Of a DNA stretch of 64,000 nt, positions 26,064-34,890 are shown piece by piece; the first letter of the stretch is position 1, and each line of letters starts with the position of its first letter. Source of the DNA: a virus (lineage: Duplodnaviria > Caudoviricetes). The stretch lies in IMG/VR virus record IMGVR_UViG_3300047160_036126, positions 13,575 through 77,574 of that record; one strand, written 5' to 3'. The position numbers were made by a program, and so were the translations under genes. The notes under the pieces are model-generated. The model did not search any database, was not told the DNA's origin, and worked only from the letters and a program-made list of their open reading frames with translations.

Positions 26064-26840
26064 ATGAAGTTGAAGCTTGATGACGCGGGCCATGTTGTCG
26101 TTCAGGACAATAAGCCTGTTTATGTTGACGACAATAACCGTGAAATAGCCTTCGATTATCCTTCGACTTTGGCGACGATTTCGAGGCTGAACGGCGAGTC
26201 GAAGACTCACCGCGAAGCCAAGGAAGCGGCGGAAGGAAAACTGAGAGCGTTCGAAGGGATTGACGATCCTGAGAAGGCACGGAAGGCTCTTGAGACGGTC
26301 AAGAACCTGGACGACAAGCGACTGGTGGATGCCGGCGAGGTCGAGAGGATCAAGGCCGAGGCGAAATCTGCTTTCGATGAGCAGCTTAAAGCCCTGGAGA
26401 AAAAGCATAAGCCGGTCGAGGCGGAACGCGACAGCTTGCGGAGCGAGCTGAAGCAGGAACGCATCGGCATGGCGTTTGGCCGGTCGAAATATATCGGCGA
26501 GAAACTCGCAATTCCTGTCGATCTCGTGCAAGCGCGGTTCGGCAGCAATTTCGATATCGAGGACGGCAAGATTGTGGCGAAAGACGCTGCGGGAAACCGC
26601 GTCTATAGCCTCGCCAAGCCGGGTGAGATCGCTGAGTTCGACGAAGCACTGGAAATCCTCGTCAGCCATTATCCCAATCGGGACAACATCCTGAAGGGGT
26701 CTGGAGGATCGGGCGGCGGTGCTGGCGGTTCCGGCGGCGGCAACAGCGGCAAGAAGCAGATGACGCGCGCGCAGTTCGACGCGCTCAGTGCGGCTGACCG
26801 CATGGCTGCGATGAAGGCAGGAACTGCGATTAGCGATTAG
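26064..26840 (+). CDS. Capsid scaffolding protein (DUF6651-like)
   Basis: MKLKLD..G.VVVQD.KPVY, NGESK.HRE, AEFDEALE.LV..YP. Confidence 0.8.
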   Translation: MKLKLDDAGHVVVQDNKPVYVDDNNREIAFDYPSTLATISRLNGESKTHREAKEAAEGKLRAFEGIDDPEKARKALETVKNLDDKRLVDAGEVERIKAEAKSAFDEQLKALEKKHKPVEAERDSLRSELKQERIGMAFGRSKYIGEKLAIPVDLVQARFGSNFDIEDGKIVAKDAAGNRVYSLAKPGEIAEFDEALEILVSHYPNRDNILKGSGGSGGGAGGSGGGNSGKKQMTRAQFDALSAADRMAAMKAGTAISD

Positions 26841-27466
26841 GGTTGTCGCGGCCAGACGCAGTACTCTTTGAGCCAGCCCCATGCGTGCCCAGCTTTTATG
26901 TGGGCGATGTGGCTTGGCGAAACGCCGAATTTTTTCGCAATGTCCATTTGCCGTTGGTTTTGAGAGAAATGGCGGATGGTGAGTATGTCGTTTTCGGTAA
27001 GTCTCGATGACCCTTGGTTAGTGCCGCGATTTGAGGTGCCGTGAAGAATTTTGTCAGCATGGTTGCGAGCGCTGGTGGCCCAATAAAGATGTTTTGGCGA
27101 AAAACAACCTTTATTTCCGTTTCCACAAGTGTGTGCGGCTTCATGTTGAGGTGAAGGCGGTTCGCCATGTGCAGCTATGCATATCAGGCGAGAGGCGGTT
27201 GTCAGGTGGTAAGTCTCAGGATGGTGAACGCGCCCATATCCGTCTTTGCCGATGTGAAAAGGCCAAATCAGGCATTGATCTCCAGAGTAGTTTTTATTTG
27301 CTTCGATACAATCAAGTGCCGGTGAGGGAATTGGTCTCGTTTTGAGGGGATCGCCGGTTCGTTTGAAACGCTGGTAATGCATGGAGCAATATCCGAGCTT
27401 GCCGTTCATTGACCTGTGAGAATTTCGTGCGCAGCCTTCCGCTGTGCATTGCTTGAATTGTTGCAT
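26837..27466 (-). CDS. HNH homing endonuclease, antisense to the late operon
   Basis: CLIWPF, AHTCGNG.KGCFSPKHLYWATSARN; paralog of 25366. Confidence 0.88.
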   Translation of the reverse strand: MQQFKQCTAEGCARNSHRSMNGKLGYCSMHYQRFKRTGDPLKTRPIPSPALDCIEANKNYSGDQCLIWPFHIGKDGYGRVHHPETYHLTTASRLICIAAHGEPPSPQHEAAHTCGNGNKGCFSPKHLYWATSARNHADKILHGTSNRGTNQGSSRLTENDILTIRHFSQNQRQMDIAKKFGVSPSHIAHIKAGHAWGWLKEYCVWPRQP

Positions 27467-27614
27467 ATAAGATTCCCTTGTTGTTTAAGGCGGTTTACAT
27501 AGGTTATTCCGCAATACAATGAGGTAGTCAAGTCCGAAACCTGGATGGGGATCGGAGTTTGGTCGCTTGCGGCCTTTTGTTCTGATCGTAACCTTAACCA
27601 GATGGAGAAGTACT

Positions 27615-28784
27615 TTGGCTAACACTTTGAGCAACCTTATACCCACGATCTATGAAGCGCTGGACGTCGTCTCGCGCGAGATGATCGGTTTCATTCCGGC
27701 CGTTTCGAGGGATAGTTCCGCAGAGCGCGCCGCGCTCAACGAGACGATCCTGGTGCCGGTCACGCAGGCGCAGACCGCACAAGACGTGACGCCCGCCGTG
27801 ACGCCGCCGGATACTGGCGACCAGACGGTCGGTAACGTGTCGATGACCATCCAGAAATCGAAGATGGTGCCGATCCGCTGGAACGGCGAACAGCAGAAGG
27901 GCTTCAAGAGCACGGGAACTTATGAGCGTGTGCTGCGCGAGCAGTTTGCGCAGGGTTTCCGCACGCTGGCCAATCTGGTTGAGACGGATTTGTTCAACGC
28001 GGCTTATCAGACCGCGTCGCGGGCCTATGGCACGGCTGCGACCACGCCGTTTGCGACGGCTGGCGATCTTTCGGATAGCGCAAACGTCCGCAAGCTGCTG
28101 GACGACAACGGTTGCCCGCAGACTGACTTACATCTGGTGTTGGGCTCGGCTGCGGTCGCTAATTTGCGCGGCAAGCAAACGATCCTTCTGAAAGCCAATG
28201 AAGAAGGCAGCAATGCTTTCCGTCGTACGGGCCAGATTGCCGATGTGCCGCTTGACGGGTTCATGCTGCACAACAGCAACTCGATCAAGCAGGTAACGAA
28301 GGGCGGCGGCTCGTCCTATGTGACCTCCGGTGACTCGCCTCCGGGAACGACCTCGATTGCGCTTGTGACGGGTTCTGGGACCGTGCTTGCCGGGGACGTC
28401 GTCACCTTCGCGGCGGACAGCAACAACAAGTTCGTTGTGAACACCGGCGTTACGGCCCCGGGCACTATTGTGCTGGGCGCTCCCGGTACCATCGTGGACG
28501 TGCCGACGGCGAACGCTATGACGATCGGCAACAGCTATACGCCGAACGTTGCGTTCACACGGTCTGCGATCCAGCTCATCACTCGTGCGCCGGCGATGCC
28601 GGAAGGCCCGAACGGCGAGTCTATGGACCTGGCCGAAGACGTGTTGATGGTCGAGGATCCTGTGTCGGGCATCGTCTTCGAAGTCTCCATGTATAAACAG
28701 TTCCGCCAGATGGCATATTATGTTGCCCTTGCTTGGGGAGCGAATGCCATTAAGCCCAATCATATCGCAACGCTTATGGGATAA
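27615..28784 (+). CDS. Major capsid protein (P22 coat-like)
   Basis: TTG start after GGAG; ANTL..LIPTIYEALDVVSRE..GFIP; ends AWGANAIKPNHIATLMG. Confidence 0.88.
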   Translation: MANTLSNLIPTIYEALDVVSREMIGFIPAVSRDSSAERAALNETILVPVTQAQTAQDVTPAVTPPDTGDQTVGNVSMTIQKSKMVPIRWNGEQQKGFKSTGTYERVLREQFAQGFRTLANLVETDLFNAAYQTASRAYGTAATTPFATAGDLSDSANVRKLLDDNGCPQTDLHLVLGSAAVANLRGKQTILLKANEEGSNAFRRTGQIADVPLDGFMLHNSNSIKQVTKGGGSSYVTSGDSPPGTTSIALVTGSGTVLAGDVVTFAADSNNKFVVNTGVTAPGTIVLGAPGTIVDVPTANAMTIGNSYTPNVAFTRSAIQLITRAPAMPEGPNGESMDLAEDVLMVEDPVSGIVFEVSMYKQFRQMAYYVALAWGANAIKPNHIATLMG

Positions 28785-28860
28785 TACTTGCAGTGTTGTC
28801 GGTTAGTATTTGACGGTGTAAGAAGAGTGGCCGTGGACGGTATGCCCTGCGGCCACTTTT

Positions 28861-28940
28861 AAGCCCCAAACGCGGAGGAAGCGATGCCGAGGAAAGACCG
28901 GAACGTCGAAGAAGAGGAAGCCCCAAACGCGGAGGAAGCG
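28861..28940 (+). repeat. 23-bp direct repeat
   Basis: AAGCCCCAAACGCGGAGGAAGCG at 28861-28883 and 28918-28940. Confidence 0.9.
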
Positions 28941-29075
28941 GATGAGGGCTCGTCTGAGGCGGCGGCGGATGATCCGCATGCTGGCCTCGTGAAAATGAAG
29001 CGGGATGACAAGGTCATCCACGCGCATCCAACGGCTGTTGCCGAGCATATCAAGAACGGCTGGAAGCACGCCTGA
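28884..29075 (+). CDS. Small virion-associated protein
   Basis: LVKMKRDD..IHAHPTAVAEH..NGWK. Confidence 0.6.
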   Translation: MPRKDRNVEEEEAPNAEEADEGSSEAAADDPHAGLVKMKRDDKVIHAHPTAVAEHIKNGWKHA

Positions 29076-29094
29076 TTTCTGGAAGGCGTAAACA

Positions 29095-29487
29095 ATGGCC
29101 CTGACGGCACAAAATATCGTCGATGTTCGTCGATATTGCGGCTATAGCGTGAGCGGGGATACGACTTCATTTCCGGCACGGGAATTCGTTTATACGGACC
29201 GCAGCTTGCTGGGCATGTCGATTGAGTACCGGCTCGCGCATCTACAGCCTGAAGAAGAAAACAGGATAACAGGATTTTTCCTGCCTAATCTCGCCGCACG
29301 CGAGCAGGAAATTCAGGACGCGTCCTGTAATCTCGATACCGATCAGGCCGCCGTGTGGCGCCGCAACCGCAGCGAGGTAGGTGATCGGCGGGATTTATTC
29401 ACGGCGCTGCGTATCGAGCTTTGCGACTTTTTGGGTTTCGCGCCGGGGCCGGGTATCACGCGGGCGACGAGGCTCGTGAGGGCGTAA
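29095..29487 (+). CDS. Head-tail adaptor/head completion protein
   Basis: DVRRYCGY...E.RL..L..EEE...NLDTD.AAVW.RN; position after the capsid gene. Confidence 0.7.
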   Translation: MALTAQNIVDVRRYCGYSVSGDTTSFPAREFVYTDRSLLGMSIEYRLAHLQPEEENRITGFFLPNLAAREQEIQDASCNLDTDQAAVWRRNRSEVGDRRDLFTALRIELCDFLGFAPGPGITRATRLVRA

Positions 29488-29705
29488 TGAAACTCAAGGC
29501 GCGCGTGAAATCGCTTCTGGAAGTGCCGGAAGTGGTGCGGGCCTTTTATTGCGTTCAGGGCAGTGAATTCGTGCTGCAGGTCGACGGCATGGTGGCTAAG
29601 GACCGGCTCGATGAGATGCGGAATTCGAATATCGCGCTGAGGCGCCAGATTGAACAGATGGGCGGCAAGCCATGCTCTGCCCTCGGGTATTTTAACGGAG
29701 CTTAG
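29487..29705 (+). CDS. Hypothetical protein resembling a scaffold N-terminal fragment
   Basis: LKARVKSLLEVPE..RAFY...FVLQVDG. Confidence 0.45.
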   Translation: MKLKARVKSLLEVPEVVRAFYCVQGSEFVLQVDGMVAKDRLDEMRNSNIALRRQIEQMGGKPCSALGYFNGA

Positions 29706-29709
29706 GCCG

Positions 29710-30564
29710 ATGCACAGCAGTCAGGCCCGCATTCAGGAACGGGTCTGGCGGGGATACGGGCAAGCTGCGCTGAGGCTGGGCTCGATCTACAGGTTTTACA
29801 GGGTTGGCGGCCACACGCTTGCGCGGCCGAAATACGACACGGGCAAGAAATACGACCGGCGTCTACGGTATGATTCTGGCATCAGCTACAAATCCAATGT
29901 CGGGGATTTCGACACGGCCGGCGTGCGGTTTGACGAAGGCGGCTCTTGGGATGAGCCAGACGACCCGGACGCAGTAAGCCAGACGCAATACGATAGTCCC
30001 GGTGCGATCTGGGACAGCGGAGTAGCGTTCGACCAGCCCGGCAATCTAATCGCAGAGCTTTACGTCTCCCTCAATGCCGAGGACATGAAATACGGCCGGC
30101 CAAACAAATACGGTAAGGCCACATGGTACGCGCTCGTCGATGCCAAGGATTTGCAGTCCGGAGATTATTTTATTGGGCAGCAAGGGACGTTTTTCATCGC
30201 GGCGATGCAGCCGCTGCTGCCGATCTTGGCCGTGGAGTGCAATCGCATCGTTAATATCTTCGAGCCTCTGGTGCAAACCGGTACCGGCGCCGTCGGCTAT
30301 GGCGGCACGACCGGCGACAATATGAAGGAAAAGGCCGATCGCCGTCCGTGCAGTATTTTGCAAGGCACGAAAGGCGAGAGAAGCGAAGGTAATTTGCCGG
30401 GAGATACGCGCAGTCCGTGGTGGACGGTCTTGCTGCCGGATTCAGGGATCATCATCGAAGCCGACGACATTCTGATCGACGATCTGGGTCATCGTTACGT
30501 GGTTTCGTCGGCGGAGCACACGGATCTTGGGTACAGGTTGAGCTGCATGGAAGCGTTGCCATGA
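29710..30564 (+). CDS. Head closure/neck protein with an aromatic-Asp repeat insertion
   Basis: VWRGYGQAALRLG...; YGKATWYAL.D; position. Confidence 0.65.
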   Translation: MHSSQARIQERVWRGYGQAALRLGSIYRFYRVGGHTLARPKYDTGKKYDRRLRYDSGISYKSNVGDFDTAGVRFDEGGSWDEPDDPDAVSQTQYDSPGAIWDSGVAFDQPGNLIAELYVSLNAEDMKYGRPNKYGKATWYALVDAKDLQSGDYFIGQQGTFFIAAMQPLLPILAVECNRIVNIFEPLVQTGTGAVGYGGTTGDNMKEKADRRPCSILQGTKGERSEGNLPGDTRSPWWTVLLPDSGIIIEADDILIDDLGHRYVVSSAEHTDLGYRLSCMEALP

Positions 30565-30684
30565 TGCGTGGGCGAAAGCGCACGCGGGCAGTGATTGCGC
30601 TGTTTCGGTTCGTGGCGGCCTATTGTGAGAGAGATGAGCGGCAGGCGCTGAAACTGCTGATGCGCGCTTTTGCGGAGAGGCAGG

Positions 30685-31722
30685 ATGGCCGACATCGGGG
30701 ACGTGCTCAACGTGCTGGTGCAGGAATGCGCGCGCGCAGTGTATCCGCCGCTCCCTGATTGGGACGTGGATGGCGAAACCTGGGATAGCGGCGAGAAATA
30801 CGACCGGGATATCGATCAGGTGCTACTCGCGGCGCAGGCGCAGTACGACGCCGGTCTTTATTGGGACGCCCCGAACAAGCAATGGGACGTGCCGGGCAAG
30901 GTAAGTGTTTCTGGCACCGATGTGGTGATTTACGCGGGCTGGCCGGCTTCCGACAACCTGGCAAAGGATCTAGCGAACAAGAAAAGCCACATCACGGTTT
31001 TTCCAAGGCAGGATGAGCGCAACACGACGCGCTATCCTGAAAATGAATATGTGACGCTCGATCCAGTGCCGACGCTGCAACTGTCGGTTCGGTATCTGGC
31101 GGGCGGCGCAACGGTGTTCGACGCGAACGGCGCGCTCTGGGATGCGGTTCGCGAATATTGGGATGTAAGCGGTGCCGTGACGGTGGTTACGGTCGGCGGC
31201 CGCGTTTCGGTGCCCCAGAACGTGGCGCTGCGGGTTAATGGGAAATTTTACGTCTATCCGGTTCAGAAAGGCGACACGCTTCAATCGGTCGCCGCGGCCC
31301 TTGCGGGGCTCGTCGGTGCCGATATTCCGGGTACCGCGGCATCGGGGCAGGATATTGCGATAGGGCCGTCAGGCAGGCTCCAGGCCGCCCGTGTGGGCGG
31401 TTTCGGGACCGTGGCGCGCGAGGTGCGCCGGCAGGAGCGGGTGATTCAGATTACGGTCTGGACGCCGACGCCGGGGCTGCGCGACGTGCTCGGCGCGGCG
31501 GTGGATGCGGCTCTTGCGGAGAAACGGTTTATTCGCATGCCGGATGGTTTCGGCGCGCGGCTGATTTACAAGAATTCGCCGGTGACGGACATGTTGGAAA
31601 AAGAAGCGCTTTACCGGCGCGATCTGAATTACACCGTCGAATACGGCACCACGATTTCAAAACAGGTCGCGCAGGTGATCGCGCCTTTTGCGAACGTCAA
31701 CGATTTCACCATCACAGCCTGA
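30685..31722 (+). CDS. Tail terminator/completion protein with aromatic-Asp repeat insertions
   Basis: MADI.DV..., RRQERVIQITVW.PTP, YRRDLNY.VEY. Confidence 0.65.
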   Translation: MADIGDVLNVLVQECARAVYPPLPDWDVDGETWDSGEKYDRDIDQVLLAAQAQYDAGLYWDAPNKQWDVPGKVSVSGTDVVIYAGWPASDNLAKDLANKKSHITVFPRQDERNTTRYPENEYVTLDPVPTLQLSVRYLAGGATVFDANGALWDAVREYWDVSGAVTVVTVGGRVSVPQNVALRVNGKFYVYPVQKGDTLQSVAAALAGLVGADIPGTAASGQDIAIGPSGRLQAARVGGFGTVAREVRRQERVIQITVWTPTPGLRDVLGAAVDAALAEKRFIRMPDGFGARLIYKNSPVTDMLEKEALYRRDLNYTVEYGTTISKQVAQVIAPFANVNDFTITA

Positions 31723-31731
31723 GAGGATTTC

Positions 31732-31863
31732 ATGCACCTTACCGTAATCGAGCCGTTTGGCGATTTTCAGCGGGGCGACAAGATAAAAGAGCCTGAAAAG
31801 GTGGATGAGATCCTGAAAGGCGATAATTCCCGTCATGTGGTGAAGACGGCAGACGCCGAATAA
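31732..31863 (+). CDS. Small protein upstream of the sheath gene, not in the ORF track
   Basis: MHLTVIEPFGDFQRGDKIKE... (43 aa); GAGGA RBS. Confidence 0.55.
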   Translation: MHLTVIEPFGDFQRGDKIKEPEKVDEILKGDNSRHVVKTADAE

Positions 31864-31888
31864 TTCCTCTTAATCCAGCGGAGACAGT

Positions 31889-33439
31889 ATGCCCATTTAT
31901 AATCTCGGCGCGCTGAATACGGCGGCGCTCACGGCTCCTGACGTCTATATTCAGAAAGTCACGCCGCAGACACGGTTCATCAACGGCGTGCCGACGGATA
32001 TTCTGGGCCTGGTCGGTGCGGGTTCGTGGGGACCGGTCAATAGTCCGGTTCTGGCGGTGGGCGACACCTTCGGGCCGGTGACCTTCCGCAAATACGATCT
32101 CGCGACCGCAATTTTGATCTCCTCGCAGGTCGGCGCCAATAACGTGCGCGCGGTGCGGGTGACGGACGGCACGGATGCGGCTGCGACGGCGACGTTGCTT
32201 GACGGCAGCTCTGCGACCGGAGCCACCCTGACGGCTTACTACACGGGTGTGGTCGGCAACACGCTTTCTGCAATCGTTGGCTCCGGCACCAAGGCCAGCA
32301 CCACGAAGGTGACGATCAACCGTCCGGGCTATGCCTCTGAAGTCTATGATAATATTTCGGGTTCCGGCGCCACGCTTTGGGCCAATATCGTCTCGGCGAT
32401 TAATAGCGGCCAAACGGGCCTTCGTCCACCATCGCAGCTTTGCGTGGCGACGGTCGGATCTTCGACGGCGGCACCGGCCAGCGGTTCGCGGTCGTTTTCC
32501 GGCGGCGCCGACGGCGCGGGTAGTGTTTCGGATTCGACGGTTGTCGGTGCGGATGCAACTTTGCCGTCTTCGAGGACGGGCATGTACGCGCTTCGCGGGT
32601 CTGGCGTGCAGGTCGCAAATCTGATCGATCTTACGGACAACACCCAATGGTCGAATATCGCGACTTTCGCCGATAGCGAAGGTGTTTACATTCCTCTGCC
32701 GGGAGCTTCCGGCCAGAATTACAGCACCGTATCGAGCAATTTAAGTTCGGCTGGCGTCGATACGCCTTCGGTCAAGCCTTTAGTCGGCGATTGGGTCTAT
32801 TGGCAGGACACGGTCAATGGTGTGTTGCGGCTTATGTCGCCGGCGACGTTCTGCGCCGCGGAAATCGCCGCGCTAGCTCCTCACCTCTCTACGCTCAACA
32901 AGCAGTTGCCGGCGGTCGTCGGCACGCAGCGCAACTCCCAAAACCAGCCCTATACCACGGCGGAAATCGGCGCGATTGCGCAGGCGCGTCTCGACGTGGT
33001 CGCCAATCCGTGCCCCGGTGGCCCCTATTACGGCTTCAGGACGGGGCGCAACGGGTCGAGCGATCCCACGCGCAACGGCGACAATTACACGCGCATGACG
33101 AATTTCCTTGCCCTCACCTTTGCGGGTGCATTCGGCTTTGCAATCGGCCAGCCGCAGACGGTGAGCCTGCGCCGGCAGGTCAAAGCGGCGTTCGACTCGT
33201 TCCTTTGGAACCTGGCCGATCCGACGCGCTCCGGCGGCCCAATGATCGGCGATGTGAACGGCGGTCCGCCGTTCTCGGTCGAGATCGACAAGAACAATAA
33301 TCCGGATGCGCGCGTGGCTCTCGGCTACATGCAGGCCGACGTGCAGGTGAAATATCTGAGCATCGTTTGGTTTTTTCTCGTCAACCTCGAAGGCGGCCAG
33401 ACGGTTTCGGTGCGCCTTGTCGGTCAGCAAGCCGCCTAA
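31889..33439 (+). CDS. Tail sheath protein
   Basis: PDVYI..., GSWGPVNSP, GDNYTRMTNFLA, V.YLSIV.FF.VN.EGGQTV. Confidence 0.92.
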   Translation: MPIYNLGALNTAALTAPDVYIQKVTPQTRFINGVPTDILGLVGAGSWGPVNSPVLAVGDTFGPVTFRKYDLATAILISSQVGANNVRAVRVTDGTDAAATATLLDGSSATGATLTAYYTGVVGNTLSAIVGSGTKASTTKVTINRPGYASEVYDNISGSGATLWANIVSAINSGQTGLRPPSQLCVATVGSSTAAPASGSRSFSGGADGAGSVSDSTVVGADATLPSSRTGMYALRGSGVQVANLIDLTDNTQWSNIATFADSEGVYIPLPGASGQNYSTVSSNLSSAGVDTPSVKPLVGDWVYWQDTVNGVLRLMSPATFCAAEIAALAPHLSTLNKQLPAVVGTQRNSQNQPYTTAEIGAIAQARLDVVANPCPGGPYYGFRTGRNGSSDPTRNGDNYTRMTNFLALTFAGAFGFAIGQPQTVSLRRQVKAAFDSFLWNLADPTRSGGPMIGDVNGGPPFSVEIDKNNNPDARVALGYMQADVQVKYLSIVWFFLVNLEGGQTVSVRLVGQQAA

Positions 33440-33453
33440 CCCCGGAGCCATAA

Positions 33454-33885
33454 ATGCCAGTGAATAATTTTACCATCGGCCGCGACGTAGCGCTCGTTAT
33501 TCAGACGCCGAACGGGCAGTTGAACGTGCCGGGGATCACGGATTTCACGGCAGATCCCATTGTCGCTGAGCTTAAATCGAAGCCGCTGAGCGGTATTCCG
33601 CAATACGGCTATATCCCGGATGGCTGGTCGATTTCGGTCAAGATCGACCGCATGGACGCGACGGTCGACAATTTCTGGGCCCAGTTTGAGGCCGCCTATT
33701 ACGCGGGCGGCAACCAGGTCGGGGGCACGATCTTCGAGACGATCCGCGAGCAGGACGGCAGCGTGAGCCAGTGGCGCTATACCGGTGTCGTGCTCAAGCT
33801 TGCCAAGGCTGGCGATTTCTCTGGCGACAAGAAGGTCGAGCAGACGCTCACCGGCATGGCTTCCCAGAAGATTCGTGTGAGCTAG
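33454..33885 (+). CDS. Tail tube protein
   Basis: Size and position after the sheath gene; PDGWS. Confidence 0.8.
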   Translation: MPVNNFTIGRDVALVIQTPNGQLNVPGITDFTADPIVAELKSKPLSGIPQYGYIPDGWSISVKIDRMDATVDNFWAQFEAAYYAGGNQVGGTIFETIREQDGSVSQWRYTGVVLKLAKAGDFSGDKKVEQTLTGMASQKIRVS

Positions 33886-33893
33886 GAGAGGTC

Positions 33894-34253
33894 ATGGGTG
33901 AGACGCCAGGCCAGGAGATTGCAAAACCTCGAACGATCACGGTTACTGACAGTCGAGGCCGCAAGATCGAAGTGCGCAAGGTTAAGACGCTGGACCGCAT
34001 GCGGCTTCTGGAGCTGGTTGGGCCTGAATTGTCGGCCAATGACAGGTATGTCGGCCTTGCAGCATTGGCTTATGGCGTGATTTCGATAGATGGCGATGCC
34101 GTGCCGCGACCGGCTTCGAAGCTTGCACTTGAAGCGCTTCTCGATCGTCTCGACGACGATGGTTTTAATGCCGTCGCGCAAGGAATTGTCGAGAATTTTT
34201 ATGAAACTGACAAGACGCCAGATCAAATAAAGGACGCAATAAAAAACGGGTAG
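33894..34253 (+). CDS. Tail assembly chaperone (G)
   Basis: TDSRGRKIEVRK; position between tube and tape measure. Confidence 0.8.
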   Translation: MGETPGQEIAKPRTITVTDSRGRKIEVRKVKTLDRMRLLELVGPELSANDRYVGLAALAYGVISIDGDAVPRPASKLALEALLDRLDDDGFNAVAQGIVENFYETDKTPDQIKDAIKNG

Positions 34254-34423
34254 AGCATCCCGATTTGCGGGCCTGTCTTTGGCTTGTCAAAAATGGGGTG
34301 CCTTTCGACGTTGCTTTCAGTCTCGATGAAGGTGAAAGGCTGGCCTACGCGATCATTTTCGGAGAGTTCGAAGGAAACGCCTGGGATTGGCGGCGGATGC
34401 GGTGGCAGGATCGGCAGCCATGA
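33894..34423 (+). CDS. Tail assembly chaperone GT, -1 programmed frameshift product
   Basis: Slippery A AAA AAC at 34241-34247 in X XXY YYZ phase; the -1 frame has no start codon of its own and reads RVEHPDLRACLWLVKNGVPFDVAFSL... to TGA 34423. Confidence 0.8.
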
Positions 34424-34890
34424 GGGAATTCACCGGCTTTCTGGCGTTCGCCGAGCATCTGATCACGTTGGGTGTGAAGGAGAAGATTTTGCAGCATGGG
34501 TGCCTCGAAGAGGCGTGCGTGCAGATCGAACACCGGGCCAAAGAAAAATTCGGCGAATATCAGGAGCAGGCGGGCCCGTTTGAGGCCTGGGCACCTCTGA
34601 GTCCGGCGACGATCGAGGATCGCATAGCGAAAGGCTATACGCCGGACGATCCACTACTGCGCAGCGGCGCAACGCGGGATTCGATCGAGCATAAAATTAT
34701 CGGCAATGAAGGTCATGTTGGCTCGGACAGCGATATTTTGCTCTGGCTGGAGCTGGGCACCTCGAAGATGCCGCCGCGCAGCACATTAGGCGGGGCAGCA
34801 TTCGAGCTGGAACCGAAAATCAGGGAAGAGATCGGGATTGAATACGCCGCCTTCCTGTCGGGAGGAAAAACAAAGGTGCCAATCAAATGA
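34420..34890 (+). CDS. Virion morphogenesis protein (HK97 gp10-like)
   Basis: WAPLSPATI.DR...PLLRSG..RDSI, ELGTSKMPPRS. Confidence 0.7.
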   Translation: MREFTGFLAFAEHLITLGVKEKILQHGCLEEACVQIEHRAKEKFGEYQEQAGPFEAWAPLSPATIEDRIAKGYTPDDPLLRSGATRDSIEHKIIGNEGHVGSDSDILLWLELGTSKMPPRSTLGGAAFELEPKIREEIGIEYAAFLSGGKTKVPIK

